Assembly: GCA_951406725.2 (NCBI GenBank)
Contig: OX597823.1
Coordinates: 84,258,001 to 84,322,000, forward strand
Length of the DNA stretch: 64,000 nucleotides
Source: Octopus vulgaris
Taxonomy: Eukaryota
Reading direction: 5' to 3'
Below are positions 53,495-64,000 of the stretch, piece by piece; positions within the stretch are counted from its first letter, which is position 1, and the number at the start of each line of letters is the position of its first letter. Both the position numbers and the translations under genes were made by a program. The notes beneath the pieces are model-generated. The model had not been told where the DNA came from. It was given only the letters and a program-made list of their open reading frames with translations, and searched no databases.

Positions 53495-53553
<59 letters not shown>

Positions 53554-53692
53554 GCTATTTATATATGTACAGTAAAATTTAAATTCAATTGAATATGGTA
53601 CTTAAGTTAAGGGCACCAGAATTTAGTATGATATTATCCATATAATTCAAAATGGGGTGATTATTGTTGCTTATTTTGATATATATATATAG

Positions 53693-53817
<125 letters not shown>

Positions 53818-53881
53818 CCAGCATGGCCACAGCTCATTAGCTGAAACTGGAAAAATCAAAATCAAAATCAATATATATATT

Positions 53882-53967
<86 letters not shown>

Positions 53968-54020
53968 GTGTGTATATATATGTATATATATTTGTGTGTA
54001 TATATATATGTATATATATT

Positions 54021-54147
<127 letters not shown>

Positions 54148-54422
54148 GTGTGTGTATGTATATATATGTGTGTGTGTATGTATATATGTGTGTGTGTGTA
54201 TGTATATATATATATATGTGTGTGTGTATGTATATATATGTGTGTGTGTATGTATATATGTGTGTGTGTGTATGTATATAGCTATATATATGTAGCTATA
54301 TATGTGTGTATATATATAGCTATATATATGTGTGTGTATATATATAGCTATATATATGTGTGTGTATATATATAGCTATATGTGTGTGTATATAGCTATA
54401 TATGTGTGTATATATATAGATA

Positions 54423-54475
<53 letters not shown>

Positions 54476-54530
54476 CTATATATTTGTATATATATATATT
54501 TATATAGCTATATATTTGTGTATATATATA

Positions 54531-54857
54531 AGGTAAAGACCCCCTTCGGTCATGAGTGACCATGGGTTTGCACCTAGAGAGTTACCCTCTGAGGCACAAG
54601 TCTGGGCAAGGTTTTTTTATGGAAGACCAGTAGTCGCCCATGCATACCGGCCTCCCCTCTCCACGCCACCAGTGTTATCCAAGGGAAAGACAAAGGTCGA
54701 TACAGCTTGGCACCTGTGACATCGCAACTCATTTCTACAGCTGAGTGAACTGGAGCAACGTGAAATAAAGTGTCTTGCTCAAGAACACAACACGCAGCCC
54801 GGGATTCGAGCTCACAACCTCACGATCGTAAGCTCGATGCTCTAACCACTGAGCCAG
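54531..54857 (-). mobile_element. tRNA-derived SINE family D, second copy, inside a TA microsatellite
   Basis: Reverse complement aligns along its length with 29690-30015. Confidence 0.85.
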
Positions 54858-55008
54858 CTATATATTTGTGTATGTATATGTATATATATTTATAGATATA
54901 TATTTGTGTATGTATATATATATATATGTGTGTGTATATATAGCTATGTATGTGTACGTATATATATATGTGTGTGTGTATATATAGCTATGTATGTGTA
55001 CATGTATG

Positions 55009-55039
<31 letters not shown>

Positions 55040-55156
55040 ATATATATATATGTATGTATGTATGTGTGTATATATATAGCTATGTATGTGTGTATATATA
55101 TAGCTATGTATGTGTACATGTATGTGTGTATATATATAGCTATGTATGTGTACATG

Positions 55157-55197
<41 letters not shown>

Positions 55198-55706
55198 GTG
55201 TATATATATAGCTATGTATGTGTACATGTATGTATATATATATATATATTGTATGTATATCATTCAGCTACAATAGTAGTTGGATAATATTCTTAAGACT
55301 GCAATTTACTCACATGCAACATCTTTCAAACTTTGTCGCTAATTCAGTTCTTAACCAAATTGAAAACTGTTAACATTTTCGAAGAAAACTGGTCTGTAGC
55401 TACATTCTAGCATTAAAAAAAATTGAGATTTGGTCCAGTAGAAAAATGTTTACATCAAAATTTATACCAACGTTAGGAGAGTAACACCTTTCAATCAAGA
55501 TCTATATAACTTTTCTATTTTAAAAGTGAAATATATTTATCTTTGCTTCAATGATAGAAGAAATCATGAAGAATTTCATTGTTTTGGTCCCATGCAACAA
55601 AACTTGTATGAAAAATATTGTGAGGTAAAATATGAAAAAAATATATGGCAAAAATTTGAATTCAAGTATAAGTAACTTCTATTTTAAAAACAAATTATAT
55701 ATATAT

Positions 55707-56086
55707 AGGCGCAGGAGTGGCTGTGTGGTAAGTAGCTTGCTAACCAACCACATGGTTCCGGGTTCAGTCCCACTGCGTGGCATCTTGGGCAAGTGTCTTC
55801 TGCTATAGCCCCGGGCCGACCAATGCCTTGTGAGTGGATTTGGTAGACGGAAACTGAAAGAAGCCTGTCGTATATATGTATATATATATGCGTGTGTGTA
55901 TGTTTGTGTGTCTGTGTTTGTACCCCTAGCATTGCTTGACAACCGATGCTGGTGTGTTTACGTCCCTGTCACTTAGCGGTTCGGCAAAAGAGACCGATAG
56001 AATAAGTACTGGGCTTACAAAGAATAAGTCCCGGGGTCGATTTGCTCGACTAAAGGCGGTGCTCCAGCGAGTAAAAGAGTAAAGAG
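55707..56086 (+). mobile_element. SINE family A, young CpG-retaining copy
   Basis: ggcgcaggagtggctgtgtggtaag...taaaggcggtgctccagc then gagtaaaagagtaaaga. Confidence 0.9.
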
Positions 56087-56367
56087 TTTAATTAAGATTA
56101 AATAATAGAGCTTGATTTGAGGAATTTCATGGTATTAATCTACTGCAATGAAGTTTTAAAGTTTTAATTCTTTTTGTCTCTCAGATTTGAGGGTGATTAT
56201 AAATATAGTTCTATATTTTTTTATGAATATAGTTCTATAAGGGGACTTTTAATATATGTTGCCAGCATCATTGGGGTAAGAAAAAGATTATCAACAACGC
56301 CATGAATTGACACATTTGACACATTATTAATTAGCGTAATATCATAGCCTGGGAAAAACATGGATTA

Positions 56368-57149
56368 CATGGAAAAATGTGTGCAAGAGAACTAATATTC
56401 TTAAGATTATAAACCTGGAAAAGTTACAGGACAAGTTATTATATCTGGTAAAGTGCACAACAAAAATAGTTTTGTTTAAAATATTGCAGCTAAGCATAAA
56501 ATTTGAATATTAAAAATTATATGATTTTAATTTACTAAGAAACATTATAATTACAATGGTACCGTTATTTTGTTAAAATATTGACACACTAGAATGCTTA
56601 AAAAATGTGAGCCAGAAGTACCAATATAGCTAAAGTTTTATGCAAAGTAGAATAGTATATATGGTAGGCAAGTTCATTATGTAAAAATTAGGCATTGGGT
56701 CAAGACTAAAAATGTGAAGACTTGGCTATAACTCAGGGCAAATTTTACTGTGAATTTGTTGTTATAGATAGATTTTACTGTAATATATAACTAATTTTTG
56801 TAGTATTCTATTTATTGTACTATGTACTAATATTATTTTTGTAAGCTATTTTCAAATTTCTATGTATTAATTAATAATAAAAAAAGGAATTTTTTTAAAG
56901 TACGAAAATTATTTTGAGTTATTTAAAATTTTTAATAGAAGTCACAAGTTATAACAAACAGAAGTAATAACTTGTAATAAAATGTTTAGTTTTAATAAAA
57001 GCCAATATTTTAAGTAAAAATTTTCTTGTTTTGTACTTTACCAGATATAATAAGTGGTCCTGAACCTTTCCAAGTGTAATAATATTTCCTGTACTTTTCC
57101 AGGTTTATAATCTTAAGAATATTATTTCTCTTGCTCACATTTTTCCATG
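56368..57149. repeat. Long inverted repeat (foldback-type element or side-branch hairpin)
   Basis: Arms ~56368-56486 and ~57003-57149: catggaaaaatgtgtgcaagagaactaatattcttaagattataaacctggaaaagt versus its near-perfect reverse complement; TA on both flanks. Confidence 0.85.
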
Positions 57150-57320
57150 TAATAAATATATATATATATTTGTATCTATTTGTATACATTTATATATATG
57201 CATGTATATATTTGTATACATTTATATATATATGCATGTATATATTTGTATGCATCTATGTATACATATATATACACATCTATATCTGTGTGTGTGTGTG
57301 TGTATACATATATGTTGTCA

Positions 57321-57354
<34 letters not shown>

Positions 57355-58943
57355 CACCTAATTTATATTTATATTATTGTTGCTTGCATTCAATATGTTG
57401 ACCCAACTATATACTTTATATACATGCGTGTATGTGTGTGCATCATTGAAATAATATGTACGATTATGTATACATGTGTGTGTGTGTATGTGTGCGGAAT
57501 GTTCTTAATAGCCTTAGTATTGAATACAAATCTTCCAACTCTCCTTAGTGTACACATACTGTAAGAGTCGACAGCTGTTTCTCACACCTACATTGTCCCT
57601 TAATATCCAGTAGCTGTATATCCTCCCTAAGCAGGAGATAGTTGAGGGGAGAGGGTCTTAGGATATGGAAGACTAACAGGTATTTGGGATCATTGACAAT
57701 GGAACCACTTCTTCTAATAGCCCTTCTTTATTCTGTTGAGAATCGCACACATTTATTGCAGTGATTCCTTTCACGGAATCGGTGCATGCAATTGTTATGA
57801 GCATACATTATACACATTTGTTATGCACTGTCTTTACAGTCAATCATTATTCACAATCATTACACACCATCAATACTTACATTATACGCATAATTCGTTA
57901 TACCTACCATTGTGTCCAGTCTACATTGTCAGCATCATCATCATCGTTACATCATCATCATTGCCATTGTCATCATTTACGTTTTCCTATTCCTGTGGGG
58001 ATCAGACAGAATTTATTGAGGCAGGTTTTCTGCTGTTGGATGCCTTTCCTGCCACCAACTCTCACTTGTTCCCAAGCAAAATGATACTGCCCCATGACCA
58101 GATATGTTTTATGGAAGATTGGAAATGATGACTATGAAGATGTTTGTTAATGATACATTATCGAGGTTTTATTGGTTCCTGTGTGGCTTCTTGTTTTGTT
58201 TTGTTATACGTGGTTGGAAACTGGCAGAATTGTTAGAGCTTTGGACAAAAGACCTTGCAATATTGGCAGTGGTTCTTCATACTCTAAGTTCAAATCCTTC
58301 CAAGGTTTAACATTGCCTTTTATCTAATGCGGGGCAGTGAGTTGACAGAATTGTTACCACATCATCACCATTGTCATTATTTAACAACCACTTTATCATG
58401 CTTACATTTGTGGGGTTAGATTTCTTACATCCTGATGCCCTTCCTGTTGCCGACCCTCACACATTTCTAAACTCAGTTCAAATTTTTGCCTTGGTTAACT
58501 TGGCTTTTCATCCAGTGCAGGGCAGCAGGTCAAGAGAATTGTAGGAGCATCAGATGAAATCCTTATCATCATCATCGTGCACCTACTTTTCCATGCTTGC
58601 ATTGGTCAGACAGAATTTGTTGAGGCAGATTTTTCTACGGCCAGATGCTCTCCCTGTTGCCAACATTCACTTGTTTCCAAGCAAGGTAATATTTTCTCAT
58701 GGCCAAACATGTTTCCCTCAGAAGACTGGGAATGGTCAACATTGCTTGTATGATAGTGACCATCACATGTCAAGGCAAGGGTGCTGTCCCTGACCTTACC
58801 AGCTCCTGGCAAACCAACCAACCCCATGCCAACATGGAAAATGACCATTAGATGATGATGATGATGATGAACCTGAAGATGTCCCTTCTGTTGTGTTTCA
58901 TTATATTTTATTCTACTATGTTTTATTGTCTTTTCCATTCCAG

Positions 58944-59124
58944 TGTAATAACCCGTTAACAAAAGAGCCGAAATTACAAGCAGCCATCAGGATTGTCCCT
59001 GAATGGAAGCATTACGATTATGAAATAAAAGTATTGTGGGACAAAATATACAACACAAACACCAGATTCCAGACAGAATATGAAAAACCTGTAAAAGATG
59101 AAGATAAATTGCCATCAAAGAAAG
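58944..59124 (+). CDS. UGGT: UGGT penultimate-type exon, CNNPLTKEPKLQAAIRIVPEWKHYDYEIKVLWDKIYNTNTRFQTEYEKPVKDEDKLPSKK(G)
   Basis: Lies within ORF 58893..59177; ttttccattccag acceptor and AAG|gtgagg donor; phase 0 continues KTIDL|CNNP as in UGGT orthologues. A final exon with an ER-retention signal was not found in the window. Confidence 0.95.
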
Positions 59125-61237
59125 GTGAGGGTTTTTTTAATTTTCGTTTTTTTTTTAAACTGTTTCTTTTCATTTAGTATTTTCTTTAAATAATTTCAGT
59201 TACCAAACTGTGGCCATTCTGGGGCATAGCTTTGAAGGGTTTTAACCCTTTTGATATGAACCCTCCTCAGTCTGACTCCGGTTCAGCCATGCCAGCTTCC
59301 TGTTATAACCCTGGCAAGACTTACCACCCCACCCGCATTTCCTTTATTTTTAAAACTTTTTTGCCTTTTTTTTTTTTCAAAATATGCGAAAAAATATGGA
59401 GATAATGATTCTGAGAAAACTTTCCAAAAATCATTGTAAAATTTTTTTTTAAGAATTCTTTTTTTTTCTAAATATGCGGAAAAATACGGACTTCATGATT
59501 CAGACAAAAATTTCAAAACATTTCTGTACTTACGGTTCTGGTTTTAAGGTTAGGGTTTTAGGGTTAGTGTTGGGGAAAAAAGTCAAAATTGAAGACGTTT
59601 GAGGGGAAAAGGGGTGGGATTTCACAATGCCGAGTTTTGGCAATTTTCCAGAACCTCCGTATCCGAAAGCAGGGATTTTTGGCAAAAAAAATTACAAAAA
59701 TAAAGAAATTTGGGAGAAAATGTGAGGTGGGGGCACCTCACATAACTCTTTAGCATTTAAAAGACTTTATCCAGTCAAAATGTTTAACCAGTTTTCTGTT
59801 GAAACTGTTCAGATCCGTTCTCTTGCACCAACCCTGCACTAAACAATGACATCATTGAAATCTCTAATCTAATTAAATTAGTGCATAATTAATTTAAAAC
59901 AATATAAACAAATGAACTTTACATACTGTTCCTTAAAATTTCATGCTAATTTCATCATCATCATCATCATCATTTAATGTCCGCTTTCCATGCTAGCATG
60001 GGTTGGACGGTTCAACTGGGGTCTGGGGAGCCCGAAGGCTGCACCAGGCCAGTCAGATCTGGCAGTGTTTCTACAGCTGGATGCCCTTCCTAACGCCAAC
60101 CACTCCGAGAGTATGTTCTAATAATCAGTTTAATTACAATCATGTTATTTTACTAAATTCTTCAGTATTTTAAAAGCTAATGGAAACAAAGTCCATGTTT
60201 ATGAAAATGGTAACGAACTGGTTAATGAATTTGGCTTTGCTCAAACACTGTCCATTGTCCAGTGCTTCTTTTATCAACCATGGAAGTGAAAGTCAAAAAT
60301 CAATCTGTGATTGATCTGCAATCAGTATGTGGAAGGGATGTAACTAAGTACCGTAACGTGTTTTGTCAGATGCTTGGCTTATTGTGCATTCTATACTCTG
60401 AGAGATGAGTGTGTATATGTGTGTGCATGTATGTATGCATGCGTGTGCGTTAGTTTATGTATATGTGTTTGTGTGTCATCATCATTTAATGTCCGTTTTC
60501 CATGCTGGCATGGGTCGGACGGTTTGACCAGGGCTGGCAAGCTGGAAGGCTGCACCAGACTCCAGTCTGATTTGGGCATGGTTTCTACTGCTGGATGCCC
60601 TTCCTAACACCGTGTGTGTGCGTGTACATATAGTGTGACCTAGTGCTGAGAGTGTTACACTCTCAATCGCAAGACGAGTGGTTCATTTCCAAAATGAGGC
60701 AGTGCCTTGGATTCTTGAGCAAAACACTTCATCAAACATTGCTCTAGTCCACTTAGCTGCAATGGACTAGCATCCCTTTCAGGGGGAGTGTTGTGTTCTT
60801 GGTCACTCATACATCATGGCAACTGGAAAGCTGGCTTTGCAAGTCCATTACAGTATGACCAGGGGTCGATAATTATGATGATGCATTTCAGCTGTGTATA
60901 TTTAGGTAAAAAAGCAGTTTTTAGTGTGTTAAACCTTATAGGAAGTCTGACTTCTTGCATATAGGACCCAAGTGGGAATTTTATTATTTTTTTAGGGGGG
61001 GGTCATTTTTTTTTTTTTAGTTTCTTTTTTCGGTTAAAAGTGCATCTTATATGCTGTCAAATGCAGTATTTTTCTTCTCATTTTTTTTACGGTTCTGGAA
61101 ATAAAACTAAGCCATAGGTGCAGTTGTGACCAAGTGGTCAGATGCTTGCTTCCCAGCCACATTGTTCTGGGTTCAGTCCCACTGTGTGACACCTTGAGCA
61201 AGTGTCTTCTACTGTATCCTTGGGCCAACTGTAGATA

Positions 61238-62255
61238 TTATATATATAAAACTGAGAATTGGTGTGTCTGTCTGTCTGTCTGTCTGTGTTTTTCCCTAAA
61301 GCTTGAGAGCTACACAACCAATTTCATTCAAATTTTACACATGCCTTACTTAGGGTCCGGGGAGTTTTTTTGCCTAGGGTGAGCCCATAGCAATATCATA
61401 TCTTCTCCACTATTTCAGTATTACCTGTTAAAAGTGAAACAAAAACGTTTCTCTATTTTATGTCAGATACTTTCACTTTAACAATAAAAATAATAATAAT
61501 TGAATTATATGTAGTAAGCAATAATTAAAATCAAACTAAAGTATAATATAATCATAACATAACAAAAGTAAAAATAGCAATTGGTATAAAATTGCATCAG
61601 TGATTTCAACTTGAATAAGTGGTTTCACATGAATGGGAATAAATCAAAAATAAAATTAGCGTGCAGAAATGGAATAGTCCAGGTGGGTAATAAAAAATTA
61701 AATTAAAGAAAAGATTATTGTCTATAAAGTATACAATGTAGAGAAAAAAGAAGATTTGAACACATGGAGGAAAACACCTTCGAAAAGTGTCTTGGTGCAA
61801 CTATGAAAGATATCTAATTAGAGGCTTACAAATTCGCCACAATAGAAGCAAAGTTCAAGTCAACGGAGCGTGCAAGGGAGTACTCGACTCGAACTTGCAA
61901 AGTGGAAATATTTTATTTTCACCTTTATATCTGGGTTTTAGGACATCCCGGAAAAAAATTTAAAATGCCCCCCTCCCCCCAGAAGTAGAGGTAGGGTGGA
62001 TTGTAGCCACACTTCTATATAAGAGGGAGGACAAGATACAATTGATCGAAATTACAAGAGACAGGCTAACAATTCCAGTCTTTTATATATTTCGAGTATT
62101 GTTATCACTAGCGATATCAAGATATAACTTTGTATTTTGTATTTTATGTGTAGATGTTTATATATATAGATGTACATGTAATATGTACACATATATATAC
62201 ACATATATGCATGCACTAGCACTATGACCCGGCAACGACAGGTCTTTAATACTAG
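61238..62255 (+). mobile_element. ~1-kb non-autonomous Helitron-type element, copy 2, inside a family A-type SINE (61113-62535)
   Basis: Same internal sequence as copy 1; 3' gacccggcaacgacaggtc...CTAG. Confidence 0.85.
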
Positions 62256-64000
62256 TATATATATATACACATACACACAAACACACACATATATATATGC
62301 ACATATGTAAGCACCTTTGTTTTCTGTGTTTGTCCCCCCTCCACTGCTTGACAACTAGTGTCGGTGTGTTTTAGTCCCCTGTAACTTAGCAGTTCGGCAA
62401 AAGAGATTGATGTAAGTACCAGACTTTGAAGAAAGAAAAAATAAGTATTAGGAGTCAATTCATTCAACTAAAAAAATTGTTCAAGGTGGTGCCCCAGCAT
62501 GGCCGCAGTCTAAATGGCTGAAACAAATAAAAGATGGAAATTACAAAAAAAAGACAAAAGATGAGCTTCCTCTTTAACCCTAGGCTCCTGCTCTGATACT
62601 GCAATACATCAACACTGAAAGCGTTTAATGTTTGGTGGAGGTGGTCTGCAAACAAGTTGGTATTTATGACAGCAGCAATGGCACTGGGGTGGTTGGAAAG
62701 GAGAGAAACATAAAGCAAAGAAGCGGCGGGAAGGCAAAGAAAAAATACCGTAAAACATGTTATTTACAGCATAATCTCTAATTAACCTAAAGGCTGGAGA
62801 TTAGTAATTGCCAATTGAGAATAAATAGTTTATCTTTAAATGATTCTCGAGGCTGGATAATAGCTGCAAAAGATTATTGGGAAAATGTTTAGTTTTCGTG
62901 CTCATGGCGGCGATAGCTGTTCGGTATCGAAATTGCAAAAGAACCTGGCCGGTTGTTGCCGGTTCCGTGGCTGAAATGGAGTGGAAATTAAATAGCTTGT
63001 GTGTCGAGATATTGTTAGCCATTGAACCTTACAAACAAATTTGCCCGGTGTCGGGTGGGGGTGGGGTGGGGTGTAATGGTAGGTGGGGTGGGGTGAGGTT
63101 TGGGGGGTTGGATGGGGATGGGTGGTAGGGGAGAGCAGAGGTGTTGTCGAGGGAGAGGAAGGTGGAGAAGAGAGGAGCTAATGTAAGCAAAGAGGAAGAA
63201 AAAGAAAACTTTGCGATCATCCCCCCCACTCCCTTTGCAGCTCCCACTCTCTTCCTTTTCCTTTCACACCATCACTGTCACCACGACCACCACCACCTAA
63301 GGGTGGGAAGTGCGTATCAACGACCAGGAATTATAAAGGAGATTGAAATCGACAAGGTAGTAGCCTCTTCTAGTTTCTGCTCCTGTTGTCCTGTAATTGA
63401 TTTGAGATTGCGGGGGACAGACAAAGGCTAAAAGAAGATTAATTGAGTAGCATATTTCACACACACACACACACACACGGACATACAGGTTGATGAGTGC
63501 TTTTAAAAGGTTTCTCTCGACAACAAGCGAGAAGTGGTTTTGAACGGAGAGAAAAAATCCATATGTTACTACTTTTCGATTCCATTTCTCATCTCTTTTC
63601 CCTCGTCCATGCCCTCCTCCCCCCTGTCTCTCTCTCTCTCTTTCTCTCTCTCTCTCCCCGTCTCTCCCCCCCCCCCTGTTCTTTTCTTTCTTTTTAAAAA
63701 GATGCCAACTGAATAGAAATTTTTCTTCTCTCTGTTTGGTTATGACTCTAAGACCTTAACAATATCAAGACTTAGCGCAGCTTAAAAGTGTTTACACATG
63801 CGTCCCTTCCACCTCGCTCTTTCAACTCACCTATACCTTCACTCTCTCTCTTTCTCTCTCTCTCACTCACCCCCCCCCCCCACTTTTTTTTTTTATTTGA
63901 TGCAAGGTTTCAAGTCAGGAGGACAAAAACAGACAAGCATGTATGCTAACATGGTTGTCAACACCTTTGTAGGGTGACATTTTTCTGAATTCAATCTCCA

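Noticed and set aside
57665-57690. miR-7-like start tggaagacta, and miR-124-like taaggca near 21828
   Set aside because: Similarity is limited to the seed region; the rest does not match and no precursor hairpin is evident.
59125-59177. Read-through C-terminus GEGFFNFRFFFKLFLFI as the true UGGT end
   Set aside because: Good AAG|gtgagg donor, T-rich intron-like sequence and no ER-retention motif; the last exon is probably beyond the window.

Overview
AT-rich, microsatellite- and SINE-dense animal genomic DNA. The repeat families look like those of Octopus/coleoid cephalopods (inference). The only protein-coding content is four + strand exons of the C-terminal catalytic (GT24) domain of UDP-glucose:glycoprotein glucosyltransferase (UGGT): 2324-2427, 3083-3139, 4723-4954 and 58944-59124, all with GT-AG junctions and a continuous reading frame. 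The third and fourth exons are separated by a 53,989-nt intron. Almost all ORFs in the supplied track are microsatellite or SINE artefacts. Transposon content includes several tRNA-derived SINE families, an RTE LINE 3' fragment, a decayed mariner, piggyBac-like and hAT-like MITEs, Helitron/Helentron-type non-autonomous elements and Penelope-type minimal hammerhead motifs. Main finding: the non-repetitive islands of the giant intron are complementary to one another in nested, antiparallel order from about 5.5 kb/57.9 kb inward to an apex near 30 kb. Many pairs are G-U on the + strand, and transposons and microsatellites are looped out between helices. The pre-mRNA intron therefore appears to fold into one ~52-kb rod-like stem-loop with side-branch hairpins. 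The two small introns and the downstream intron show the same fold-back design. The helices were found by eye while allowing G-U pairs, so statistical and comparative testing is required.
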